A stretch of DNA of 63,656 bases, counting the filler, from Octopus bimaculoides (taxonomy: Eukaryota), in assembly GCF_001194135.2 (NCBI RefSeq). It is 5 parts of 4 records of this genome, joined end to end, with 100 filler letters (N's around TTAATTAATTAA, not from the genome) between each part and the next. Parts side by side here need not be neighbours in the genome. Positions count along the whole stretch, not along the records: positions 1 to 31,880 come from NC_068987.1; 4 more parts are not named here. One strand, written 5' to 3'. The notes beneath the pieces are model-generated. The model saw nothing but the letters and a program-made list of their open reading frames with translations, searched no databases and was not told the DNA's origin. Every line of letters starts with the position of its first letter. Positions within the stretch are counted from its first letter, which is position 1. The translations under genes and the position numbers were made by a program. Shown here in pieces: positions 13,002-23,821 of the stretch.

Positions 13002-13590
13002 CAGGGGTTGAACAAAATAATTGACACACCTCGCATCATAGTATCATAATTTTGAAATATCTATAAAACTGTCAAAAGCTTGTTTATTTTTATGCTTTTT
13101 TAATTTAATATTAGTGCTACTTAATATGTTTTGCTAAAATTACTGTTTCTATTCAGATATCATCAGGAAAGGTAATTAAAATTCATTAAAATAATAGACC
13201 TGTCGGACTTTCAAAGAGGTCAAATTGTTGGTGCTCGTATGGCAGGCACTAGTGTAACGAAAACAGCCAAAATGTTTGGTGTATCAAGAAGTACTGTCGC
13301 GAAAGTAATGATAGCCTTTGCGAAAGAGGGAAAAACCTCCTTGTCGAAACAAAACTCTGGAAGAAATCAAAACTTTCAGATATGGACCGTCGGACACTTA
13401 GCAAATTGTTAGAAAGGATCACAAAATTACAGGTTCCCAATTTACATCAAAGCTTAATGACCACCTCAAGAACCAAGTTTCCACAAAAACTGTTCGCCGG
13501 GAGCTGCACAAAGCCGGATTTCACAGGAGGAGTGCAATGAGAAATCCACTAATTTCAAAAACATACGTTGCTAAGCATTGAGAGTGGAGT
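13002..13590 (+). mobile_element. Tc1-family DNA transposon, 5' part (left TIR plus HTH region)
   Basis: TA|CAGGGGTTGAACAAAATAATTGACACACC terminus. From about 13194 it reads DLSDFQRGQIVGARMAGTSVTKTAKMFGVSRSTVAKVM...STKTVRRELHKAGFH with frameshifts. Truncated at the (TA)n/N gap. Confidence 0.88.
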
Positions 13591-14036
13591 ATATATANNN
13601 NNNNNNNNNNNNNNNNNNNNNNNNNNNNNNNNNNNNNNNNNNNNNNNNNNNNNNNNNNNNNNNNNNNNNNNNNNNNNNNNNNNNNNNNNNNNNNNNNNNN
13701 NNNNNNNNNNNNNNNNNNNNNNNNNNNNNNNNNNNNNNNNNNNNNNNNNNNNNNNNNNNNNNNNNNNNNNNNNNNNNNNNNNNNNNNNNNNNNNNNNNNN
13801 NNNNNNNNNNNNNNNNNNNNNNNNNNNNATATTTAAATATTTAATTTAAATATATAACCAGAATATATTCAGTGCTGAATTTATTCTGAAAAAAAACACA
13901 TGTACCGAGATGCATTTCGAAAAGCCCGCCACTTACATAGGTATATAGGGATAAACAATCTTCTGTGTACTATACTGGATACACGGTGTTCGTTTCGTAT
14001 GTTGATTTTCCGTTTATTTCTATGTATCTTGACCAT

Positions 14037-14097
14037 ATTATACTGACGCGTAGAAGTTGTATAATACTACAATAAGTACGAAATCATGACCTATAAT
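14037..14097 (+). ncRNA. Decayed minimal type I hammerhead ribozyme motif (probably from a Penelope-like element terminus)
   Basis: Stem I ATTATA(14037-42)/TATAAT(14092-97); core CTGACGC (A9 to C); stem II GTA..TTGTA/TACAA..TAC; GAAA at 14080-83; near-palindromic ATCATGAC, then C. Confidence 0.5.
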
Positions 14098-14331
14098 TTA
14101 GTCTGTTTTTAAGGGGCTAGCTTTGAGAGTTGTATTTCCTCGCGTTCGGTAAAACTGTGTTTATTATGGTTTTTGACCTTGGAGTCCCTCTTGGTGTGAG
14201 GCGTTCTTGTATAGTAATGCCCTTACATAAATATATTTTGGGGAATAAATGATGGATTTTTTCCCCTTATAAGGTTTTTCTCACGCTAGCTACTTCATAA
14301 AATCTTGTAAAAGAATTCATCCTATGATTGA

Positions 14332-14367
<36 letters not shown>

Positions 14368-14759
14368 NNNNNNNNNNNNNNNNNNNNNNNNNNNNNNNNN
14401 NNNNNNNNNNNNNNNNNNNNNNNNNNNNNNNNNNNNNNNNNNNNNNNNNNNNNNNNNNNNNNNNNNNNNNNNNNNNNNNNNNNNNNNNNNNNNNNNNNNN
14501 NNNNNNNNNNNNNNNNNNNNNNNNNNNNNNNNNNNNNNNNNNNNNNNNNNNNNNNNNNNNNNNNNNNNNNNNNNNNNNNNNNNNNNNNNNNNNNNNNNNN
14601 NNNNNNNNNNNNNNNNNNNNNNNNNNNNNNNNNNNNNNNNNNNNNNNNNNNNNNNNNNNNNNNNNNNNNNNNNNNNNNNNNNNNNNNNNNNNNNNNNNNN
14701 NNNNNNNNNNNNNNNNNNNNNNNNNNNNNNNNNNNNNNNNNNNNAAGATGAATACAATT

Positions 14760-15480
14760 GTAGTCTTGGAAGCTGTAGAGTCGCTCGAGCATAAAAGATG
14801 AGCGTTATTTGTAATTTAATGGTGTAAGAGTTTGCTTTGAGATATACTTAGATTGTGATTTCTGCAATGTGGTTCATAAATTGTCAAGTAAAGGAGAGGT
14901 ATCTTTGCCTCCACTGATTCAGTTGCAGAGTTTACTTTAGGATATACTTAGATTGTGATTTCTGCAATGTGGTTCATAAATTGTCAAGTAAAGGAGAGAC
15001 ATCTTTGCCTCCACTGATTCAGTTGCAGAGTTTACTTTAGGATATACTTAGATTGTAATTTCTGCAATGTGGTGCATAAATTGTCAAGTAAAGGAGAGAC
15101 ATCTTTGCCGCCACTGATTCAGTTGCAAAGTGTTATTTTCAGTAAAGTTATTTGGTTGCAGACCTCCTTTGAGTCTTTTTATAATCACTGGGACAGAGAT
15201 TTTCTCCAGATGATAACATTGATTTCAAGGCCTTTCTAGATACGTAATTGGTCATTCAAATAGATTTGTAGATTGCAAACTTATTGTGTTATCGGCATAG
15301 TGATCATTGGCAAACTCCAGAGGTAACACTTTCATTTCCACTTAGTCCTTACGTCACACAGTTATCAATGTTTATTTGCATTGGTTCATGCTTCAATTGC
15401 TATAAATCCGTAATGCATCTTACGGCTGAGTCCGTCACCTGTATGGGGAGGAATCCTACACTGGGGTGTGGTAACGACTA
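14760..15480 (-). mobile_element. Degraded non-LTR reverse transcriptase remnant (RTE-like)
   Basis: Across frameshifts it gives VTSGVCQ*SL (GVRQG-like), YLNDQLR, CRNYNLSIS*SK and MLERLYSFQ (ILEQV.SFKYLG-like), in RT order. Confidence 0.42.
14827..15131. repeat. Tandem repeat, 100-bp unit, about 3 copies
   Basis: GATATACTTAGATTGT recurs at 14841, 14941 and 15041. Copies differ by a few substitutions. Confidence 0.95.
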
Positions 15481-15589
15481 GGGCACTGTAGCTGACTGCT
15501 TATTGTGATCATTCGTCATTTCGTTTCCTGTAGTTTTGCTCTCTTTTACAAACCCAGTGAACATTCATATATTTCCGATTTCAAAGAGA

Positions 15590-15991
15590 TTTGAACAATA
15601 GATATAAGACACAAGTTAAGAAAGATTCCCAAAAATTCAACTTCTCTGGTTGAATTTCATACCCCCCCCCAATAGGGGCCTTAAATCCCACATTTTAGGG
15701 GTCCATGTTCTCCATGTGCTCCATTTTTCAGGCGCAAAAACCTTTGAATAGATTTTATAAGATTTGGATTTTAGAATCTGGACGTTAAGACGAGTAATAT
15801 GGAATAAATATGTCACCATTACAATTTATGTTAGGGTGTGTAAAGAGTGAAAGAATCCTCATTAAAATTCTTAATCTCCAATTTTGATGAAATTCAAATC
15901 ATAAGTGTTCCAGTTAATTAGAGAAAATCTAAAAGAAAAGTCTAATTCTTCAATTCCATGTGATACGGCCAAAGCCGGTTATCTCTGCTAG
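15590..15991 (+). mobile_element. Probable non-autonomous Helitron 3' portion
   Basis: GC hairpin CGGC-CAAA-GCCG (15966-77) lies 10 nt before CTAG (15988-91), the canonical Helitron 3' end geometry. The N gap follows immediately. The 5' boundary is guessed. Confidence 0.5.
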
Positions 15992-16271
15992 NNNNNNNNN
16001 NNNNNNNNNNNNNNNNNNNNNNNNNNNNNNNNNNNNNNNNNNNNNNNNNNNNNNNNNNNNNNNNNNNNNNNNNNNNNNNNNNNNNNNNNNNNNNNNNNNN
16101 NNNNNNNNNNNNNNNNNNNNNNNNNNNNNNNNNNNNNNNNNNNNNNNNNNNNNNNNNNNNNNNNNNNNNNNNNNNNNNNNNNNNNNNNNNNNNNNNNNNN
16201 NNNNNNNNNNNNNNNNNNNNNNNNNNNNNNNNNNNNNNNNNNNNNNNNNNNNNNNNNNNNNNNNNNNNNNN

Positions 16272-16366
16272 GAAGAAGAAGAAGAAGAAGAAGAAGAAGA
16301 AGAAGAAGAAGAAGAAGAAGAAGAAGAAGAAGAAGAAGAAGAAGAAGAAGAAGAAGAAGAAGAAGA
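16272..16366. repeat. (GAA)n microsatellite
   Basis: Direct reading. Confidence 0.95.
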
Positions 16367-16985
16367 GGTGGAGGAATCTGAAATTGGATGGCAAGATTTC
16401 TCTCGTTCTTCATTCTCTCATCCACTAGTTATACATCCATCCGAAGAAGAAGTATGTCTATGCAGTGCATTTATAACTATTGTATACGTGTATCTTTCGT
16501 ACTGATATTAGCATTTGTTGTTAATTCTATGGGGATAGTTAGCACATTCAGCAAAAGTATTTATGCAATTCGTGGCAACTAACTTGCATGTTCAATATAT
16601 TTAGGTAAATGGTTATCACCTCAAACGTGCTGAATTGGATGAAAAAATGTACGTATCCTGTGCAAAATAAACTTATCCGTCGTCCTTGATAATAGCTTCT
16701 CTCGTGTAAATCAAGCAACGTTTTAATGCCCACATTTCTACTTTTGGCAATATTCAAATATCACAAATGTCATTTGGTATTCAAGATTTCTCACCACAAG
16801 TACTTTACCATTTTCCTTCTTTCGAAAATACTAAACAGTGTCTTCGAAATAAACTAAAGCAAAATGTCAAAGTTTCCATGTCCTCTATCCTATTACTAAT
16901 CTCTTAGAAAGTACAAATATAATACTATTGCTAGTATATTCTTCCAATGTTTGTCTTACAGGCCAACACCTCAACACTTCAAATG

Positions 16986-17039
<54 letters not shown>

Positions 17040-17411
17040 AACGTGATTTAGAACTTATTGTGTATTTATATATTCATGAGTGTATGTTTATGCAGCTATA
17101 TAATAAATGATGGTATATATCTGTGATTATGCAATGTAGTAACTTTATAGATATTTCGCATTAACCTTTCCCGATACTTGCCACATGCTTTGGAATTTTA
17201 CTCTGCAGCTATTCAATAAATCGTTTCTAAATTTTGATTGGCATATTCAACTTTCCTAATAAATTTACCAGAAGATACATTTTAAGCTAAAAGCTGAATA
17301 CATAACAGATTATTTAATTTAACGTCGTTTGAGTAGTATGCCAGATATACTTCTTGTTCTACGGATTTTATAAGTAAATTATACTAAATAACGAAAGGCT
17401 ATGATAATTTA

Positions 17412-17445
<34 letters not shown>

Positions 17446-18189
17446 NNNNNNNNNNNNNNNNNNNNNNNNNNNNNNNNNNNNNNNNNNNNNNNNNNNNNNN
17501 NNNNNNNNNNNNNNNNNNNNNNNNNNNNNNNNNNNNNNNNNNNNNNNNNNNNNNNNNNNNNNNNNNNNNNNNNNNNNNNNNNNNNNNNNNNNNNNNNNNN
17601 NNNNNNNNNNNNNNNNNNNNNNNNNNNNNNNNNNNNNNNNNNNNNNNNNNNNNNNNNNNNNNNNNNNNNNNNNNNNNNNNNNNNNNNNNNNNNNNNNNNN
17701 NNNNNNNNNNNNNNNNNNNNNNNNNNNNNNNNNNNNNNNNNNNNNNNNNNNNNNNNNNNNNNNNNNNNNNNNNNNNNNNNNNNNNNNNNNNNNNNNNNNN
17801 NNNNNNNNNNNNNNNNNNNNNNNNNNNNNNNNNNNNNNNNNNNNNNNNNNNNNNNNNNNNNNNNNNNNNNNNNNNNNNNNNNNNNNNNNNNNNNNNNNNN
17901 NNNNNNNNNNNNNNNNNNNNNNNNNNNNNNNNNNNNNNNNNNNNNNNNNNNNNNNNNNNNNNNNNNNNNNNNNNNNNNNNNNNNNNNNNNNNNNNNNNNN
18001 NNNNNNNNNNNNNNNNNNNNNNNNNNNNNNNNNNNNNNNNNNNNNNNNNNNNNNNNNNNNNNNNNNNNNNNNNNNNNNNNNNNNNNNNNNNNNNNNNNNN
18101 NNNNNNNNNNNNNNNNNNNNNNNNNNNNNNNNNNNNNNNNNNNNNNNNNNNNNNNNNNNNNNNNNNNNNNNNNNNNNNATATATATATA

Positions 18190-19412
18190 TATATATATTT
18201 ATTGTTTCATCCCATAAATAACGCGGTTTTTTAAACTTCTATTTTTGAAAATTAAACTAAACAAAATTTATTTTGAAATTAAAAAAAACAAACTCTCCTT
18301 CATTTTCTATAATGCTCTTCCATCTTGCAAGGCCCCTTTTCCAAAATTCACTTGTCCATGACAAAAAGACACCTCCAAAAATCTTCTTACCTCATCTACA
18401 GAATTCCTATTTTTATCGTCCAAATGATTTTCAAAAAATGCGGAAATATTCATAACCAGATAAGACAATATACGGCGAATATGGTGGGTGAGGCATCGTT
18501 TTGTCTTCAGAGTCCTCCAGCGTTGGAATGTCACCCTACCTGTATTTGGCCGAGCATTATCCTGATGGAAGAACACCTTTTGTCTTGAAACAAAAAATGG
18601 TCATTTTTGTTCACGCTCTGACTTACACCGCTGAAGCTCCTCGAAGTAGATTGCCTTTGTTATCAGTTGGTTTGAGTTTAAAAGTTTAAAGTGGACTAAA
18701 CCTGTCATATCTCACCAAAAAAGATTCATTCGTGAGAGGCGACGGCAAAGAGTGCGCACATTCACTCTCTGTGCGCGATTAGACTCGAAAAATTTGTGTG
18801 GAACCCATTAATCTAATTTGCTGACGTGTTAGATGGCATGCAGGTGTCGATGAATGGTTGAATGCCCACGTCCAAAATTCTTTGCTAGTTCCTCAAGAGT
18901 TCCGGTTGGATTTTGTTCCCCCAAGGTTTACACGATATACTCGTCGAGCTGTACAAATCCTCCTGGACGAGGTTCGACTTTTAAGCTGTAGTTTCCGACT
19001 CGGAATTTCTTGAACCACCGTTGACACTTGTTTACGCTTATTGTCCGATCCCCATATGCTGCATTAATATTCCTCGCGCTTTCATTCTCTAGACACACTT
19101 GACAGAAACACATTTAGGGAATTGATTGTTTGAACATGTTCAATCTACTGTGTCAGCCTTAACTTACGACGCCAGACATTGTCACTTGATACTGACACAG
19201 AGACTTAGCGGGGAACCTACAAAAAACTTTTAATACCTGCCATGTGACTATCCTCCACCAATCAAATCCTATTCAAAATCTTACTAATTTGAGCCATGAA
19301 CACCCTATCAAAATAGGGCAAACTTCGAACATTAGTCACAAATAGGACAGTTGTGACATAACTCACGTCTTTCTATTTGAGCTTTTTGAAAATCAGCGTA
19401 AACTGTGAAACC
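18190..19412 (-). mobile_element. Mariner transposon relic, internally deleted
   Basis: Reads ARNINAAYGDRTISVNKCQRWFKKFRVGNYSL (HTH), then WVPHKF, WDMTGLVHF, FHQDNARP and a decayed HPPYSPD region. The segment carrying the first Asp is missing. TIRs are not convincingly matched. Flanked by (TA)n. Confidence 0.85.
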
Positions 19413-19455
<43 letters not shown>

Positions 19456-21046
19456 NNNNNNNNNNNNNNNNNNNNNNNNNNNNNNNNNNNNNNNNNNNNN
19501 NNNNNNNNNNNNNNNNNNNNNNNNNNNNNNNNNNNNNNNNNNNNNNNNNNNNNNNNNNNNNNNNNNNNNNNNNNNNNNNNNNNNNNNNNNNNNNNNNNNN
19601 NNNNNNNNNNNNNNNNNNNNNNNNNNNNNNNNNNNNNNNNNNNNNNNNNNNNNNNNNNNNNNNNNNNNNNNNNNNNNNNNNNNNNNNNNNNNNNNNNNNN
19701 NNNNNNNNNNNNNNNNNNNNNNNNNNNNNNNNNNNNNNNNNNNNNNNNNNNNNNNNNNNNNNNNNNNNNNNNNNAACGAAACAACAATATAAAATAAAAT
19801 GGGAATATAAATCCTGAGCGGAAAAGAAAAGAAAAAGAAAAAGAAATACACAGATATTCATGTAAAAAAATAAAAATAAACTTAAAATAAAAATGAAACT
19901 TAAAATAAAATAAAAAATAAAGGGAGTCAAATCGGTGGGGCGGGTAATCTAAGAAGTAATAAGAGAAAGTCTGGATAGTCAAGTAAGCTACATCTAAGGT
20001 ATTTAGATGGGTTGGTGAAGGGTGGTGAGGAAAAATCTAAATGTAGAAGAAGAAGATAAAGCGATAAATAGATATAGATACAGAGATATTAAGGGTCGTA
20101 AGGGATAGATATATATGAGCTGTGTCTGTCTATATCAGTGGTGGGTCGTAAATAAGAAGTGTCATCCCAGAATAGACTTGGAACATGAAACATGAAACAT
20201 GATATCATGATATGTCACACCTTTCTTCCTCATTTAACGCCGATGTGATATAATTTCCTGGGAGAGAAATACTTTTGCGGCTGAAGATAGCTTTGTATTG
20301 TAAATTATACACTGATATAAAGCTTGAAACACGTGTACCGCAGAATCCTTTGTATTTTTATTGTTATTTTTGGGATTTACAATTTATTCTTTCACCTCAA
20401 CCACGAGCTGGCATACACAGGTGCTTACAATTGTCAAGTATTACCTCTAAATTTTACTTTACCTATATATATATATATATATATAAAGTAGACAAAATTC
20501 GAATGCGCATACACAGGGTACATATGTTGTTATTTCGTGGGTCAGCTGTAGTTTAGGTGTAAGAGAATATATTCATTATGTGCCTGGTGTAAGACTACCG
20601 AATGTTAGTCACAGGTAAGCGAGACAACTCACATCAAGTCTTATCTCAGAGTAATATACATCAATGTTTCATCATTGCTTTATGAACCGAAGAAAGTCCA
20701 CTGCAAACCATTTCACCGACTTGGATTTTATGCTAAATGGTTTAGCATATAGTCATAGAAGCTAGCATCTCTTAGAATTGCACAAAATCAATTGTTATTT
20801 GCGAGAAAAGCCTGTTCATTCTACTTCTTATTTATAAATTTATATATAAATTATGTATTTACTAACGACGTTTGACATGTACATCCACTAAATTGAATAA
20901 CCCTGCTCATTGATGGTAGCTGATAAGCGTATAGGAGCTTTTAAATGCATAAACAGGATTTAAGACAACAGGTTTGCTTGGAAGTGCAAGAACCCTCCAT
21001 AGAGTCCGTCAAAACAGAATGAAGTGTGACTTTTGTGTTCAAGAAA

Positions 21047-21289
<243 letters not shown>

Positions 21290-21411
21290 CTGCTCCGGTG
21301 CTCATGAAATAATGTTTATGAAACAATATCTATGTGATATATGAGTACAACCAACAATCAATTACATAACCTAAGACGTTCAGTTCTATATTTAAGAGAT
21401 GAGGAATTATG

Positions 21412-21575
21412 TGCATGATTTACATTATTTGTATTAGACGGATATTTGTCCTTATCTTGTTTGTTGCTAAAACAACGTTTCGGCTAATATACCCTCCAAC
21501 TATCATCAGGTGTGTTGGGGAAATTTTGAACCTGGGTTCTCATTCTTAAGGTATTTTTTGATGTTGCTGTTATTA
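21412..21575 (-). mobile_element. Headless copy of the hammerhead-bearing element tail
   Basis: Reverse complement aligns with 21878-22044 and includes CTGATGA (21509-21503) ... GAAACGTT (21481-21474). Confidence 0.8.
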
Positions 21576-21589
21576 TTATTACTATTATC

Positions 21590-21626
<37 letters not shown>

Positions 21627-21699
21627 TAATAATAATAATAATAATAATAACAATAATAAAAATAATAATGATAACAATAATAAAAATAATAATGATAAC

Positions 21700-21750
<51 letters not shown>

Positions 21751-21763
21751 TATTATTATTATT

Positions 21764-22044
21764 AAGGGCATATGGCGTAGTGGTTAAAAGCGCAGGCTAC
21801 TAACCCCAAGATTCCGAGTTCTATTCCTGGCAGTGACCTTAATAATAATAATAATAATAATATTAATAATAATAATAAGAAGAACAGCAACATCGAAAAA
21901 TACCTTAGGAATGAGAACCCAAGTTCAAAATTTCCCCAAGCCACCTGATGAATGCTGGAGTGTATATCAGCCGAAAAGTTGTGTTATAACAACAAGCAAG
22001 ATAAGGACAAATATCCGTCAAATATAAATAATGTAAATAATGCA
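21764..22044 (+). mobile_element. tRNA-headed SINE-like element (family C): head, (AAT)n spacer, hammerhead-containing tail
   Basis: A box TGGCGTAGTGG at 21773-83; B box GAGTTCTATTCC at 21816-27; tail with CTGATGA at 21945-51, stem II GCTG/CAGC, and GAAA at 21973-76. Confidence 0.75.
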
Positions 22045-22760
22045 AGCTAAGACTTTCATTTTCATGAACTTGGGTTTTATCAGTGTGCTGAACGTACTGT
22101 AAATTTGATATGTTAAACACGTTTTGCTGAGACGTGTAGTATTTGTCATCTTCAGCTGTTTGAAGGCTGATATGCTATCATTATACGAAACTCATTGATT
22201 CATCAGAGAATATAACTCTTTGAGTTACATCTAATCTGAAGCTTTTGATGTTTTCTTGCAAATAATTATTCGCACTGTTAATGCTTCATCGGGAAAGATG
22301 ACTAGAATTTGTGTGAAGATAACGCGGTTAAATTTCATGAATTTCCTAATACGCCATACCAGGATACTTGTTCGATAAGGAGCTGCATTTCCATCTAAGG
22401 TTTTAACAGTTCTGATGATGTCAACGCTAATTCAATTAGTTAGAAGCCATTATGCAAAATTAAAGACACGCACAAACACAGATTTTACCCAGCAGTCCAT
22501 ATATATTAGGCAATGGGACACATCACTCCTAGTAGTAGAGGAACAACTCAGAAAATACTCTGTATTTATATCAGTCACTTTACTGACCAGATAACTTGTC
22601 TAGCATTTGTTTGACTAATCGAAAATGGATGAATTCACGTTCGACATCAATTCATTGACTGTTACCACATCATTGTCAACTGCTCTGGTTTTGCATATAG
22701 ACAAATCCCACGTCCATCACACTTTCAACATTTAATATAATTGTAAGTTAAAAATTAAAA

Positions 22761-22980
22761 GACGGTGAACTGGCAGAGTCGACAGCATGTTGGAGAAATG
22801 CTTAGTGGTATTTCATCCGCCTCCATGTCCTGAATTCAAATTCTGCCAAGGTCGACTTTGCCTTTCATCCTCTCGGTATCGATAAAGTAGTACCAGTGAA
22901 GCACTGGTGTCGATGTAAACGACTTATACTCTTCCCCAAATTTGCTGGCCTTGTGCCAAAATTTGAAGTCAGTATTATTG
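22761..22980 (+). mobile_element. SINE family A, full length
   Basis: GACGGTGAACTGGCAGAGTCG...TGAATTCAAATTCTGCCAAGGTCGACTTTGCCTTTCATCC...GGCCTTGTGCCAAAATTTGAA. Confidence 0.88.
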
Positions 22981-22986
22981 TAAATT

Positions 22987-23170
22987 AAGGGCAGTAAAGC
23001 GTGCAGAAATTGTAAAGAGGTGGATAAAATACTTTTCAGAATTTAATTCCATACACATTGTCCTTGAGGTTAATTACCTCCGAGGTCAGTTTGCCATTCA
23101 CTTTTCTAGGCTTGATAACATGCATACCAGTAAGTACTTACAGTTGACGGAATCGACTACGTCAATTATC
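22987..23170 (+). mobile_element. SINE family A, strongly diverged tandem copy
   Basis: CCGAGGTCAGTTTGCCATTCA..TTGATAA..TACCAGT..AATCGACTA is colinear with the upstream copy. Confidence 0.55.
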
Positions 23171-23729
23171 TTGTGTCCATGTAACAAAAAAAAAATAAAG
23201 AATCAATACTATTGCAGAAAAAAGGGGCAGATGGTATCATTTCACTTAAATGTTTATTGCGAGGTTGTTTCTAAGCATACAAGATATTGGCCAGCTACAA
23301 CCAGTTTCATGTCATGTCAGAAGTGCTTCATTGCTTACTAAATATTTTAAAGACGTTTCATAATTATTTTATCGGTTGATAAATTTTGGAAGAATGCTTC
23401 TAATTCACCCCCTCCATTACTATGTTTTTTTAATATATTTTTGTATTTCGATACCAGTCATGAAAGAAAACAAAACTTAACTCTTAGAGGCTCAGGCCAC
23501 CACTTGCTGAATATACTGTAAAAATATACTTTTGTGTTGAGGACCAACTGTGAGGATGAGATAATTTGTTGCTGATGTTATATTTATTCTCATAATCTCT
23601 CTAATGAATTCAGACTTTACTGGAGATTTGCAAAGTTCATCTCAGTATCGAACGATCCCTAGTTTGAATCTCAATCGACAGAATCCCGATAAATGAAAAT
23701 GGATAAATGTTTAATATCTGAATTTGCAG

Positions 23730-23821
23730 GTACAGTCCTGTTAAATTCAGCCGCGCTAATACGGCTCGAGGATTTCTTTAGAACTGCAGGTACTCAGATA
23801 CAAACATGTGGACCAGAATGT
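23730..23821 (+). CDS. Candidate internal coding exon, unidentified protein
   Basis: TTTGCAG acceptor and GTAAGT donor; open frame (G)TVLLNSAALIRLEDFFRTAGTQIQTCGPEC. No family recognised. Confidence 0.3.

Noticed and set aside
13141-13170. Minus-strand CTGATGA-TATCTGAATA-GAAA-CAGTA hammerhead-like string
   Set aside because: No stem I pairing, only a 3-bp A-U stem II, and it lies inside a Tc1 leader; probably chance.
14827-15131. CRISPR-like array
   Set aside because: Whole 100-bp units repeat with no unique spacers, in a eukaryotic context with no cas genes.
20960-21010. GLLGSARTLHRV resembling the Dong C-terminus
   Set aside because: Too short to support a call.
21764-21838. tRNA gene
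   Set aside because: The acceptor stem does not pair, the B box is mutated and the sequence runs into a repeat tail; this is a SINE head. The same applies to the heads at 31707, 34815 and 22761.
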